A stretch of DNA of 39,971 nt from a virus (IMGVR_UViG_2718218453_000003:1-39971); one strand, 5' to 3'; shown: positions 15,718-25,481, counted from the first letter of the stretch. A program made the numbers and translations. The notes: generated by a model from the letters alone, not told the origin.

Positions 15718-16068
15718 ATGACTCAAAACTATGAACTGATTGTGAAAGGGATCCGCAATTTTGAGAATAAAGTTACGGTAACTTTAGCGTTACGGGACAA
15801 AAAACGCTTTGACGGTGAAATTTTTGACCTGGACATCTCGCTGGACCGTGTTGAAGGTGCCGCGCTGGAGTTTTATGAGGCAGCAGCCAGAATGAGCATC
15901 AGACAGGTCTTCCTGGATGTTGCTGCCGGGTTATGTGAAGGGGATGAGCAGTCGCCGGAAAAGCGCCCCGTAATTTTAGAGGCGCAGAATGTATGGATAA
16001 CCTACAAAGGAAAGCTACCGGGAAGAATTACTGGTTCTCTGAAGACTCCTCCGGAATCACAACCTTAA
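15718..16068 (+). CDS. Hypothetical soluble acidic protein (116 aa) inserted between holin and endolysin
   Basis: ATG 5 nt after holin stop with GGGGAGAG RBS; no TM segment; no recognised family. Confidence 0.6.
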   Translation: MTQNYELIVKGIRNFENKVTVTLALRDKKRFDGEIFDLDISLDRVEGAALEFYEAAARMSIRQVFLDVAAGLCEGDEQSPEKRPVILEAQNVWITYKGKLPGRITGSLKTPPESQP

Positions 16069-16131
16069 GTCACTGACCGGAACAGATAAACCTGTCCGTG
16101 GGCAGAAACCGATAAATCCTGATAAATATCC

Positions 16132-16665
16132 ATGAACGCAAAAATCAGATACGGCCTGTCGGCTGCCGTTCTGGCACTGATTGCCGTCGGTGCGCCCGCG
16201 CCTGATATTCTCGACCAGTTTCTGGATGAAAAAGAAGGTAACCACACAACGGCATACCGCGATGGGTCCGGCATCTGGACCATCTGTCGGGGTGCCACGA
16301 TGGTGGATGGAAAACCCGTTTTTCCCGGTATGAAACTGTCGAAGGAAAAATGCGACCAGGTCAACGCCATTGAGCGTGATAAGGCGCTGGCATGGGTGGA
16401 GCGCAATATTAAAGTACCACTGACCGAACCACAGAAAGCGGGTATAGCGTCATTTTGTCCCTATAACATTGGCCCCGGTAAGTGTTTCCCGTCGACGTTT
16501 TATAAGCGGCTGAATGCCGGTGATCGTAAGGGTGCATGCGAGGCGATTCGCTGGTGGATAAAAGATGGTGGGCGCGATTGCCGCATACGTTCAAATAACT
16601 GCTATGGACAGGTTATTCGTCGTGACCAGGAAAGCGCATTAGCCTGTTGGGGGATAGATCAGTGA
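16132..16665 (+). CDS. SAR endolysin, T4-lysozyme-like muramidase (177 aa)
   Basis: N-terminal Gly/Ala-rich SAR segment [17 protein letters not shown]; catalytic E...D...T spacing ([16 protein letters not shown]). Confidence 0.85.
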   Translation: MNAKIRYGLSAAVLALIAVGAPAPDILDQFLDEKEGNHTTAYRDGSGIWTICRGATMVDGKPVFPGMKLSKEKCDQVNAIERDKALAWVERNIKVPLTEPQKAGIASFCPYNIGPGKCFPSTFYKRLNAGDRKGACEAIRWWIKDGGRDCRIRSNNCYGQVIRRDQESALACWGIDQ

Positions 16666-17123
16666 GCAGAGTCGCCGCGATTATTTATGCTCTGGTTATC
16701 TGCATCATCGTCTGCCTGTCATGGGCTGTTAATCATTACCGTGATAACGCCACCGCCTACAAAGAGCAGCGCGACAAAAATGCCAGAGAACTGAAGCTGG
16801 CGAACGCGGCAATTACTGACATGCAGATGCGTCAGCGTGATGTTGCTGCGCTCGATGCAAAATACACGAAGGAGTTAGCTGATGCGAAAGCTGAAAATGA
16901 TGCTCTGCGTGATGATGTTGCCGCTGGTCGTCGTCGGTTGCACATCAAAGCAGTCTGTCAGCCAGTGCGTGAAGCCACCACCGCCTCCGGCGTGGATAAT
17001 GCAGCCTCCCCCCGACTGGCAGACACCGCTGAACGGGATTATTTCACCCTCAGAGAGAGGCTGATCACTATGCAAAAACAACTGGAAGGAACCCAGAAGT
17101 ATATTAATGAGCAGTGCAGATAG
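16662..17123 (+). CDS. Rz-like i-spanin (153 aa, GTG start overlapping endolysin stop)
   Basis: N-terminal TM segment followed by charged coiled-coil-like region; embeds Rz1 in +1 frame. Confidence 0.8.
   Translation: MSRVAAIIYALVICIIVCLSWAVNHYRDNATAYKEQRDKNARELKLANAAITDMQMRQRDVAALDAKYTKELADAKAENDALRDDVAAGRRRLHIKAVCQPVREATTASGVDNAASPRLADTAERDYFTLRERLITMQKQLEGTQKYINEQCR
16882..17064 (+). CDS. Rz1-like o-spanin lipoprotein (60 aa) embedded in Rz
   Basis: Signal peptide with lipobox VVVGC followed by proline-rich segment [18 protein letters not shown]. Confidence 0.8.
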   Translation: MRKLKMMLCVMMLPLVVVGCTSKQSVSQCVKPPPPPAWIMQPPPDWQTPLNGIISPSERG

Positions 17124-17154
17124 AGCTGCCCATATCGATGGGCAACTCATGCAA

Positions 17155-17448
17155 TTATTGTGAGCAATACACACGCGCTTCCAGTGGAGTATAAATGCCT
17201 AAAGTAATAAAACCGAGAAATCCATTTACGAATGTTTGCTGGGTTTCTGTTTTAACAACATTTTCTGCGCCGCCACAAATTTTGGCTGCATCAACAGTTT
17301 TCTCCTGTCCAATTCCCGAAACGAAGAAATGATGGGTGATGGTTTCCTTTGGTGTTACTGCTGTCGGTTTGTTTCCAACAGTAAACGTCTGTTGAGCACA
17401 TCCTGTAATAAGCATTGCCAGAGCGGCAGAAAACAACATTTTTTTCAT
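17155..17448 (-). CDS. bor: Bor/Iss-family outer-membrane lipoprotein (97 aa)
   Basis: MKKMLFSAALAMLITGCAQQTFTV...KICGGAENVVKTETQQTFVNGFLGFITLGIYTPLEARVYCSQ matches recalled lambda Bor. Confidence 0.9.
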   Translation of the reverse strand: MKKMLFSAALAMLITGCAQQTFTVGNKPTAVTPKETITHHFFVSGIGQEKTVDAAKICGGAENVVKTETQQTFVNGFLGFITLGIYTPLEARVYCSQ

Positions 17449-17628
17449 CTTATTATCCTGCATTGTTAAAAACGGCAGAATCCTATGTGACAACAATTAA
17501 ACGATAGTTAAATGGATTGATGAAAATTAAAACTATATAGGTGGATGCTCAGCCTATCGGAGGTAGTCAGGATTTGAATGTCAGTCTGTTGTCGGCATTC
17601 TGGCAATGCAATTTGGATAAAGCGGGGA

Positions 17629-17751
17629 TTAAAAAGATAGAGGCGAGCCGGTCAGGTAGAAATGAATCAGGCTCAAAGTGAAGCGGAAAAGGTCTGTGGC
17701 ACAAGCTGATGCAGCCATAATTACAGCCTGATGATTTGTGGAATGAAACAT
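17629..17751 (-). CDS. Candidate 40-aa ORF with GGAGG RBS (MFHSTNHQAVIMAASACATDLFRFTLSLIHFYLTGSPLSF)
   Basis: Hand translation; GGAGG 5 nt upstream of ATG; no recognised family. Confidence 0.3.
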   Translation of the reverse strand: MFHSTNHQAVIMAASACATDLFRFTLSLIHFYLTGSPLSF

Positions 17752-17831
17752 GTTGAACCTCCTTAATTGATGTTATTCGAGTGATGAAGGCATTCTGTCC
17801 TTCTATAGTGTCCAGTAAATCAAACAGGAAA

Positions 17832-17853
17832 CTTGTCCAACGTGTTGGACAAG
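17832..17853. promoter_or_regulatory. 22-bp palindrome CTTGTCCAAC-GT-GTTGGACAAG (perfect 10-bp arms), candidate protein-binding site upstream of the HNH/terminase block
   Basis: Read in sequence; no T-run, so unlikely a terminator. Confidence 0.3.
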
Positions 17854-17973
17854 CCTCTCCATTAGTGAGTTGTATTGATCACAACTCTACAAAGAATTCA
17901 TTACTGGGTAGATGAAAATAGTTTCACTATGAATGGAGGAGGCTATGTCGGTGGCTTCTTCATTGGAGTACAT

Positions 17974-18324
17974 ATGCCCCCACGAATCCCACGCGCCTGC
18001 CGTAAGCGTGGATGTGCAGGTACAACCACAGACAGTTCTGGTTACTGCGATAAACATCGTGGCGAAGGATGGGTACAGCATCAACGCGGACTGAGCCGCC
18101 ACCAGCGTGGCTATGGCTCGAAATGGGATGCCATACGTGCGCGCATACTGAAGCGTGATAATCATCTGTGTCAGAACTGCCTGCGCAATGGGAGAGCCGT
18201 TGAAGCCAGAACTGTGGACCACATCATTCCGAAAGCTCATGGTGGCACGGATGCAGACAGTAACCTGCAGAGTCTGTGCTGGCCCTGTCATAAAGCAAAA
18301 ACAGCGCGCGAACGCATCAATTGA
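17974..18324 (+). CDS. HNH endonuclease associated with terminase (116 aa from internal ATG)
   Basis: Cys-rich N-terminus and HNH motif region VDHIIPKAHGGTDADSNLQSLCWPCHKAKT; GGAG RBS; directly upstream of terminase small subunit. Confidence 0.8.
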   Translation: MPPRIPRACRKRGCAGTTTDSSGYCDKHRGEGWVQHQRGLSRHQRGYGSKWDAIRARILKRDNHLCQNCLRNGRAVEARTVDHIIPKAHGGTDADSNLQSLCWPCHKAKTARERIN

Positions 18325-18471
18325 TAACAGTTCCCATCTGTAGGGGAGGGGCAGGTCAAATCTCTGCAACCCTGGCTGCTCAGTACCGCCGCCTGACCTT
18401 TCCTCGCATCGCCGCAGGTTCGAAAACTTTTTTTTGGAATGTGATTAAATGATTGATAGGTAAAACCGATT

Positions 18472-18954
18472 ATGTCTGGACCCCCGAAAACCCCGCCACG
18501 CCTGCATTTGATACGAGGTAACCCCTCAAAGCGGCCAGTTAAAGACTCCAAAAAAACCGCTAAAAAGGATGAAAAAGGTCTCCCTAAAATTCCGCAACAT
18601 TTAGGGGCGCAGGGGAAGTACTGGTTCAGGCGAATGGCGGAAGAGCTGAATGCGGAAGGGATCATTTCTCAGCTCGATGCACGTGCGCTCGAGTTACTGG
18701 TGGAAGCCTACACCGAATACCGGCATCACTGCGAAATACTCGATGTTGAGGGTTATACCTACCGCACGGAAACGCAGAATGGCGATGTGCTGATCAAGGC
18801 ACACCCGGCTGCTGCGATGAAGGCTGATGCCTGGAAGCGGATTCGGGCGATGCTTGCAGAGTTTGGTATGTCACCGGCAAGCCGGGCGAAAGTAAATACC
18901 GCCGGACCGGATGATGTTGATCCGCTGGCAGAGCTTTTAAAAGCGAGAGACTGA
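18472..18954 (+). CDS. Terminase small subunit (P27/HK97-like, 160 aa)
   Basis: Position immediately upstream of terminase large subunit with overlapping stop/start (TGATG); family assigned from recall. Confidence 0.75.
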   Translation: MSGPPKTPPRLHLIRGNPSKRPVKDSKKTAKKDEKGLPKIPQHLGAQGKYWFRRMAEELNAEGIISQLDARALELLVEAYTEYRHHCEILDVEGYTYRTETQNGDVLIKAHPAAAMKADAWKRIRAMLAEFGMSPASRAKVNTAGPDDVDPLAELLKARD

Positions 18955-20711
18955 TGGCAAAAGTGGCTGACGGGATCCGCTACGCCGAACGTGTTGTTGC
19001 AGGAGAAATTGTTGCTGGCGAATTTGTCCGTCTGGCCTGCCAGCGTTTTCTTGATGATCTGAAGTACGGCGAAGAGCGGGGGATTTATTTCAGTGAACCC
19101 CGTGCACAGCACATCCTTAATTTCTACAAATTTGTACCCCATGTGAAAGGGGCGCTGGCAGGTCAGCCCATTGAGTTGATGGACTGGCATGTGTTTATCC
19201 TCATTAATATTTTTGGTTTTGTCATTCCGCTGGTGAATGAAGAAACCGGGGAAGTTGTCATGCGCAGCGATGGCAGTGGACGCCCGGTGATGGTGCGCCG
19301 GTTCCGGACAGCATACAACGAAGTTGCCCGTAAAAACGCAAAATCAACCCTGTCATCGGGTATCGGTCTGTATATGACGGGGGCAGATGGTGAAGGCGGG
19401 GCTGAGGTGTATTCAGCCGCAACCACGCGTGACCAGGCCAGAATTGTGTTTGAAGACGCCAAAAATATGGTCAGAAAAGCCCGGTCGACACTCGGGCGGT
19501 TGTTTGATTTCAACAAGCTGGCGATTTACCAGGAGCAGAGCGCATCAAAATTTGAACCGCTTTCCTCGGATGCAAACAACCTGGACGGTCTGAACATCCA
19601 CTGCGCCATTATTGATGAGCTGCATGCTCATAAAACCCGTGACGTGTGGGACGTTCTGGAAACGGCAACCGGTGCCCGTCTGCAGTCTCTGTTATTTGGC
19701 ATCACCACGGCTGGCTTTAACAAGGAAGGGATTTGCTACGAGCAGCGCGATTACGCCATTAAGGTATTGCGAGGCTATAACAGCGACGTGGAGGGCGCGG
19801 TAAAAGACGACTCCTACTTTGCGATCATTTACACGCTCGATGAGGGAGATGATCCGTTTGATGAAACGGTCTGGCAGAAAGCGAATCCTGGCCTGGGCAT
19901 CTGTAAACGCTGGGATGATCTGCGTCGTCTGGCGAAAAAAGCGAAGGAGCAGGTCTCTGCGCGGGTGAATTTTTTTACCAAACACATGAATGTGTGGGTC
20001 ACTGCCGAATCTGCCTGGATGGATATGATTAAGTGGGAGAAGTGCGAATACATTGCTCCACAACATGAGCTGAAAACATATCCCATGTGGGTCGGCGTCG
20101 ACCTTGCTCATAAGATTGATATCTGTGCGGCGGCAAAACTCTGGCGAACCGATAACGGACATGTTCATGCTGATTTTAAATTCTGGCTTCCGGAAGGACG
20201 GCTGGAGCGATGCTCGCGGCAGCAGGCAGAACTTTACCGGAAGTGGGCGGAGATGGATAAGCTCATCCTGACGGATGGTGATGTTATCGATCATGCTCAG
20301 ATAAAAAGTGACTTACTGGAATGGATTGGCGGTGAAAACCTCAGGGAACTGGGATTTGACCCGTGGAGCGCAATGCAGTTCAGCCTGGCACTGGCTGAAG
20401 AAGGGATACCGCTGGTGGAGGTTCCGCAGACGGTCCGCAATCTGTCAGAGGCCATGAAGGAAACGGAATCACTGGTTTATGCCGGGCGTTTCCATCACAG
20501 CAATCATCCGGTCATGAACTGGATGATGTCTAACGTTACGGTAAAACCGGACAAAAACGACAACATCTTCCCGAATAAATCCACGCCTGAAGCCAAAATC
20601 GACGGCCCTGTTGCGCTTTTTACGGCCATGAGCCGCTTTCTGGTAAATGGCGGGGGCGTGAATGACTTTCTGTCCACGCTTGATCCTGATGAGGACCTGT
20701 TAATTCTGTGA
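18954..20711 (+). CDS. Terminase large subunit (585 aa)
   Basis: Size and position between small subunit and portal; family assigned from recall. Confidence 0.9.
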   Translation: MAKVADGIRYAERVVAGEIVAGEFVRLACQRFLDDLKYGEERGIYFSEPRAQHILNFYKFVPHVKGALAGQPIELMDWHVFILINIFGFVIPLVNEETGEVVMRSDGSGRPVMVRRFRTAYNEVARKNAKSTLSSGIGLYMTGADGEGGAEVYSAATTRDQARIVFEDAKNMVRKARSTLGRLFDFNKLAIYQEQSASKFEPLSSDANNLDGLNIHCAIIDELHAHKTRDVWDVLETATGARLQSLLFGITTAGFNKEGICYEQRDYAIKVLRGYNSDVEGAVKDDSYFAIIYTLDEGDDPFDETVWQKANPGLGICKRWDDLRRLAKKAKEQVSARVNFFTKHMNVWVTAESAWMDMIKWEKCEYIAPQHELKTYPMWVGVDLAHKIDICAAAKLWRTDNGHVHADFKFWLPEGRLERCSRQQAELYRKWAEMDKLILTDGDVIDHAQIKSDLLEWIGGENLRELGFDPWSAMQFSLALAEEGIPLVEVPQTVRNLSEAMKETESLVYAGRFHHSNHPVMNWMMSNVTVKPDKNDNIFPNKSTPEAKIDGPVALFTAMSRFLVNGGGVNDFLSTLDPDEDLLIL

Positions 20712-20869
20712 AACAGCTTATTACTGATATGACCGGGCTGATCGGTTTCGGTTTGCTCGCTGCTGGCGTTTATCTGTATGCAGGTCTGCCAGCGTCTCTG
20801 ATGCTGTCGGGCTGTTTGTTGCTGCTTTATGCACTGGTGGTGTCCATGAGGAGAAAACATGCTTCTTGA
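20708..20869 (+). CDS. Candidate small membrane protein (53 aa, GTG start) between terminase and portal, not in ORF track
   Basis: Hand translation MKQLITDMTGLIGFGLLAAGVYLYAGLPASLMLSGCLLLLYALVVSMRRKHAS; overlaps terminase stop and portal start. Confidence 0.3.
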   Translation: MKQLITDMTGLIGFGLLAAGVYLYAGLPASLMLSGCLLLLYALVVSMRRKHAS

Positions 20870-22085
20870 TGCTCTGTTTCGCAGTGAGCCTCTGGAAAAT
20901 CCCTCGGTTCCGGTAACCGGAGAGGCCGCTGAGACGGATAATATTTTTGCCCGGGATGTGTATGTCAGTCCGGAAACATCCATGAAGCTGGCTGCTGTCT
21001 ATGCCTGTATTTATGTTATTTCATCCAGTGTGGCTCAGATGCCCCTGCATGTGATGCGAAAAACGAATGAGCATGTTCAGCCTGCACGCGATCATCCGTT
21101 GTTCTGGCTCGTTCATGATGAACCTAATGCCTGGCAGACCAGCTATAAGTGGCGGGAACTGAAGCAGCGTCATGTGCTGGGGTGGGGCAATGGTTATACG
21201 TGGGTAAAACGTAATCGTCGTGGAGAGGTTACCAGCCTTGAATGCTGTATGCCATGGGAAACCACGTTACTTAACACCGGTGGGCGTCATACTTACGGGG
21301 TGTATAACGAAGAGGGTGCATTTGCGGTAAGTCCGGACGACATGATCCATATCAGGGCGCTGGGAAACAATCAGAAAATGGGACTGAGCCCGATCATGCA
21401 GCATGCTGAAACCATTGGTATGGGAATGAGTGGCCAGCAGTATACCAGCGCCTTTTTTAACGGTAATGCCCGTCCTGCCGGTATTATTTCTGTGAAAAAT
21501 GAACTGAACGAACAGAGCTGGGGCAGGCTTAAAAATATGTGGCAGCGGGCGGTGACAGCGCTTCGCAGCCAGGAAAATAAAACCATGCTGTTGCCTGCGC
21601 AACTGGATTACCGCGCTCTGACAGTTTCTCCGGTGGATGCTCAGATCATTGATATGACCAAGCTGAACAGGTCGATGATTGCAGGGATTTTTAATGTCCC
21701 GGCGCACATGATTAATGACCTGGAAAAAGCCACATTTTCGAATATTACGCAGCAGGCGATTCAGTTTGTTCGCTACACGATGATGCCCTGGGTTGCGAAC
21801 TGGGAGCAGGAGCTTAACCGTCGCCTGTTTACCCGTACAGAACGGGCTGCCGGGTATTACGTTCGTTTCAACCTCACGGGGTTGCTCCGTGGGACCCCAC
21901 AGGAGCGTGCGCAGTTCTATCACTTTGCCATTACAGATGGCTGGATGAGTCGGAATGAAGCCAGGGCATTTGAGGATATGAACCCGGTTGACGGTCTGGA
22001 TGAAATGCTGGTCAGCGTAAATGCAGCAAATCCGTTGAATAACTTTAAAGATACGAAAGGCAAAGAGGAAAAGAACGATGAATGA
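20859..22085 (+). CDS. Portal protein, HK97 family (408 aa)
   Basis: Size and position between terminase and prohead protease; family assigned from recall. Confidence 0.9.
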   Translation: MLLDALFRSEPLENPSVPVTGEAAETDNIFARDVYVSPETSMKLAAVYACIYVISSSVAQMPLHVMRKTNEHVQPARDHPLFWLVHDEPNAWQTSYKWRELKQRHVLGWGNGYTWVKRNRRGEVTSLECCMPWETTLLNTGGRHTYGVYNEEGAFAVSPDDMIHIRALGNNQKMGLSPIMQHAETIGMGMSGQQYTSAFFNGNARPAGIISVKNELNEQSWGRLKNMWQRAVTALRSQENKTMLLPAQLDYRALTVSPVDAQIIDMTKLNRSMIAGIFNVPAHMINDLEKATFSNITQQAIQFVRYTMMPWVANWEQELNRRLFTRTERAAGYYVRFNLTGLLRGTPQERAQFYHFAITDGWMSRNEARAFEDMNPVDGLDEMLVSVNAANPLNNFKDTKGKEEKNDE

Positions 22086-22677
22086 CCGTGAAACGCGCTG
22101 TTACAGCGGGGAGGTGCGGGCGGAACAATATGATAATGCCCCGACCCACATTCTGGGGTATGGCTCGGTATTTAACAGTCGTTCAGAACCTCTGTGGGGA
22201 TTTCGTGAAATCATCAAGCCGGGGGCTTTTGATGATGTACTGAATGATGATGTACGTGGCTTGTTTAATCATGATCCTAATTTCATTCTCGGACGAAGTT
22301 CTGCCGGCACATTGTCATTGTCGGTGGATGAACGCGGTTTACGTTATGACATTGTTGCACCGGATACTCCGACTATTTGTGACCTGGTGCTGTCTCCAAT
22401 GTTGCGTGGTGACATTAACCAGTCCTCGTTCGCGTTTCGTGTCGCCCGTGACGGAGAGAGCTGGTATGAAGACGACGAGGGGATTGTTATCCGGGAAATC
22501 ACGCGCATTTCTCGTCTGTATGACGTCAGCCCGGTGACATATCCGGCCTATCAGGACGCAGACTCCGGTGTCCGCTCAATGAAAGCCTGGCAGGAAGCGC
22601 GGGCGAGTGGTGCGCTGAAGAAAGCTGTTAATGAACGAATGGCGCGTGAGCGCCTTTTGACCCTTCTTAATGCATAA
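22078..22677 (+). CDS. Prohead protease, HK97 family (199 aa)
   Basis: Position between portal and major capsid; start overlaps portal stop. Confidence 0.85.
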   Translation: MNDRETRCYSGEVRAEQYDNAPTHILGYGSVFNSRSEPLWGFREIIKPGAFDDVLNDDVRGLFNHDPNFILGRSSAGTLSLSVDERGLRYDIVAPDTPTICDLVLSPMLRGDINQSSFAFRVARDGESWYEDDEGIVIREITRISRLYDVSPVTYPAYQDADSGVRSMKAWQEARASGALKKAVNERMARERLLTLLNA

Positions 22678-22691
22678 GGATACTACTGACG

Positions 22692-23909
22692 ATGAAACTT
22701 CATGAGATGAAGCAAAAACGAAACACCATTGCAAAGGATATGCGTGCACTGCATGAAAAAATTGGTGATAACGCATGGACTGATGAGCAACGGGCAGAGT
22801 GGAACAGGGCGAAAGCTGAGCTGGATGCGCTGGATGAGCAAATCGCCCGTGAAGAAGAGTTGCGCCGTCAGGATCAGGCATATGTGGATGAGTCCGGGCC
22901 GGAAGAGCGCCAGAATAATGAGGCGGAGAACGGGAAAAAGGCGGTGGAAGAGAAGCGTGCTGCGGCATTTAACCGTTTTCTGCGTGCCGGATTTGCAGAA
23001 CTGAATGCTGAAGAGCGTAATCTGATGCGTGAACTGCGGGCTCAGAGTGTAACAACGGATTCTCAGGGCGGATATACGGTGCCCACGCAGATGCGTAACA
23101 AAATCATTGACACCATGAAGGCTTATGGCGGGATTGCCAGTGTGGCGCAACTTCTGACCACATCAACCGGGCAGGATATCACCTGGTCAACGTCTGATGG
23201 CACGACTGAAGAGGGCGAACTGCTGGCGGAAAATACAGCCGCAACGGAACAGGATGTGACGTTCGGGACCGCTATTCTGGGGGCTAAAAAGCTGTCATCG
23301 AAAATAATTCGTGTGTCCAATGAGCTGCTCCAGGACAGTGGGGTGGATATTGAATCTTATCTGGCAAACCGTATTGCCCAGCGTATTGGTCGTGGAGAGG
23401 CAAAATATCTGGTTCAGGGGACCGGAACGGGATCACCGTTACAGCCAAAAGGGCTGGCAGCGTCGGTGACGGGAACCATCCAGACTGCAGCCTCTGCCGC
23501 TTTCACCTGGAAAGAAATGAATGCCCTGAAACATGCCATTGATCCGGCATATCGTGGTGGGCCGAAATACCGCTGGGCATTCAATGATGCCACATTGCAG
23601 ACTATTGAAGAGATGGAGGATGGACAGAAACGCCCGTTATGGCTGCCGGATATTGCAGGCGGTACGCCGGCTACTGTGCTGGGGATCCCTTATGTTATTG
23701 ATCAGGCTATTGACGGGATTGGTACTGGAAAAAAATTCATTTTCCTGGGGGATTTCAACCGCTTTATCATTCGCCGCGTTACTTATATGGAACTGAAACG
23801 TCTGGTTGAGCGTTATGCTGAGTTTGATCAGGTGGCATTTCTGGCTTTCCATCGTTTTGACTGTGTGCTGGAAGATGTGGCAGCCATCAAGGCGCTCACT
23901 GGCAAATAA
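22692..23909 (+). CDS. Major capsid protein, HK97 fold (405 aa)
   Basis: N-terminal coiled-coil delta-like region followed by capsid core; position after protease. Confidence 0.9.
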   Translation: MKLHEMKQKRNTIAKDMRALHEKIGDNAWTDEQRAEWNRAKAELDALDEQIAREEELRRQDQAYVDESGPEERQNNEAENGKKAVEEKRAAAFNRFLRAGFAELNAEERNLMRELRAQSVTTDSQGGYTVPTQMRNKIIDTMKAYGGIASVAQLLTTSTGQDITWSTSDGTTEEGELLAENTAATEQDVTFGTAILGAKKLSSKIIRVSNELLQDSGVDIESYLANRIAQRIGRGEAKYLVQGTGTGSPLQPKGLAASVTGTIQTAASAAFTWKEMNALKHAIDPAYRGGPKYRWAFNDATLQTIEEMEDGQKRPLWLPDIAGGTPATVLGIPYVIDQAIDGIGTGKKFIFLGDFNRFIIRRVTYMELKRLVERYAEFDQVAFLAFHRFDCVLEDVAAIKALTGK

Positions 23910-23930
23910 CCACTCGTTGTTCAGTTACAG

Positions 23931-23953
23931 ACCGCGCCGACGCGGTTTTTTTA
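23931..23953 (+). terminator. Rho-independent terminator after capsid gene (ACCGCG-CCGA-CGCGGT plus T7)
   Basis: Hairpin plus T-run. Confidence 0.6.
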
Positions 23954-23985
23954 TGCCCGCACAGTGTTGCGGGCAGGAGTTTCTG

Positions 23986-24303
23986 ATGGCAGCAATAGTG
24001 GAAAAACTCAGGGCGCAGTGCCGTATTGATACAGATGATGCAACTGATGATGAGTTACTGATGCTGTATTTCCGGGCTGCCTGCCGCAAGGCAGAAAATT
24101 TTATCAACCGTAAGCTTTATGAGGAGACGGTGCCGGAAGGTGATCCTGAAGGGGTGCTTATAGCTGATGATGTTTTGCTGGCGCTCATGTTGCTGGTCGG
24201 GCACTGGTACGAAAACCGGGAAAATTCCTCAGATGTCAGCAAGGCACCAGTCCCGTTTGGTTTTTCTTCTCTGCTGGAGCCTTATCGTTTTATTCCTTTG
24301 TAG
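23986..24303 (+). CDS. Head-tail connector / DNA packaging protein, gp6-like (105 aa from internal ATG)
   Basis: GCAGGAG RBS; position after capsid. Confidence 0.7.
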   Translation: MAAIVEKLRAQCRIDTDDATDDELLMLYFRAACRKAENFINRKLYEETVPEGDPEGVLIADDVLLALMLLVGHWYENRENSSDVSKAPVPFGFSSLLEPYRFIPL

Positions 24304-24311
24304 GAGGAGAC

Positions 24312-24650
24312 ATGCAGGCGGGCAGATTACGTGATCGCGTAATTATTCTGAATGTCACCACCGCCCGCTCTCCGTCAGGGCATCCGGTGGAGACGGTGAC
24401 GGAGGGAGCTACCGTATGGGCAGAAGTTAAGGGTATCAGCGGGAGGGAGATAATCTCAGGCGGAGCAGAAACCGCTCAGGCTACGGTCAGAGTCTGGATG
24501 AGATTCCGGCGCGATGTGACAGCGACTTCACGTCTGAAAGTGCTGACCGGTGCATTTAAAGGGGCCATTCTGGGTATAGAAGGTCCACCAATACCGGATG
24601 CACGCGCTACCCGGCTTGAAATACTCTGCAGCCTGAAGGGGAATGTGTGA
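24312..24650 (+). CDS. Head closure / head-tail adaptor protein (112 aa)
   Basis: Conserved position in HK97-like head module. Confidence 0.7.
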   Translation: MQAGRLRDRVIILNVTTARSPSGHPVETVTEGATVWAEVKGISGREIISGGAETAQATVRVWMRFRRDVTATSRLKVLTGAFKGAILGIEGPPIPDARATRLEILCSLKGNV

Positions 24651-25096
24651 TGGATTTCAGTCTTGATTTTTCCGGCCTGGCGGATATTGCACGGGATTTG
24701 GAGACGCTCAGCAGGGCAGAAAACAATAAGGTTCTGCGCGATGCCACCCGTGCCGGTGCTGAAGTTATGCGGGATGCAGTTGTTGAACGTGCGCCGGAGC
24801 GAACCGGGAAACTGAAGAAAAATGTGGTTGTTCTCACTCAGCGTTCAAAGCGTCGGGGGGAAATTATCTCGGGTGTCCACATTCGCGGACGGAACCTGCG
24901 AACCGGAAACAGTGATAACAGCATGAAAGCCAGCGATCCCCGAAATGCATTTTACTGGCGCTTTGTGGAGCTGGGAACGATAAACATGCCCGCGCATCCA
25001 TTCATTCGCCCGGCTTTCGATACGACAGAGGAGCTGGCGGCGCAGGTTGCCATACAGCGAATGAATCAGGCTATTGATGAGGTCTTAAGTAAATGA
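24650..25096 (+). CDS. HK97 gp10-like tail component (ATG 24650 overlapping upstream stop; GTG 24647 alternative)
   Basis: Position and size; TGATG overlap. Confidence 0.7.
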   Translation: MDFSLDFSGLADIARDLETLSRAENNKVLRDATRAGAEVMRDAVVERAPERTGKLKKNVVVLTQRSKRRGEIISGVHIRGRNLRTGNSDNSMKASDPRNAFYWRFVELGTINMPAHPFIRPAFDTTEELAAQVAIQRMNQAIDEVLSK

Positions 25097-25437
25097 GGGA
25101 GGCCACACTGTATTCCCTGTTGTCTCAGCTGGCCGGAGGACAGGTTTATCCTTATGTGGTCCCGCTGACGGAGGGAAAGCCTGCGGTATCTCCGCCGTGG
25201 CTGGTGTTTTCTGTGGTGTCTGACACGGTATCTGATGTGCTTGATGGGCAGGCTGAATCCAGAATTACCGTGCAGATCGATGTCTGGGCGACAGTACCTG
25301 ATGACGCAGATAATATTCGTGAGCAGGCGCTTGATGCGGTAAGAAAACTGGCACCCTCCGTTATTTCTAAAACGCAGGGTTATGATCCTGACTCCCGTCT
25401 GAGCAGAGCCACGCTTGAATTCCAGGTAATAGCCTGA
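25093..25437 (+). CDS. Tail completion protein, DUF3168-like (114 aa)
   Basis: Position before major tail protein; ATGA overlap with upstream stop. Confidence 0.65.
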   Translation: MREATLYSLLSQLAGGQVYPYVVPLTEGKPAVSPPWLVFSVVSDTVSDVLDGQAESRITVQIDVWATVPDDADNIREQALDAVRKLAPSVISKTQGYDPDSRLSRATLEFQVIA

Positions 25438-25458
25438 GGTCATTAATGATTTTACCCA

Positions 25459-25481
25459 CCCGCCGCTGGCGGGTTTTTTTA
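25459..25481 (+). terminator. Rho-independent terminator (CCCGCC-GCT-GGCGGG plus T-run)
   Basis: Hairpin plus TTTTTTTATTTT. Confidence 0.6.

Noticed and set aside
17127-17143. Palindrome GCCCAT-ATCG-ATGGGC between Rz and bor as a bidirectional terminator
   Set aside because: Stem is only 6 bp and no T-run follows on either strand; left unannotated.
16875-17174. 99-aa minus-strand ORF
   Set aside because: Antisense to Rz/Rz1; the plus-strand spanin genes explain the region.
19692-20294. 200-aa minus-strand ORF
   Set aside because: Antisense to the terminase large subunit gene; no RBS.
21267-21923. 218-aa minus-strand ORF
   Set aside because: Antisense to the portal gene.
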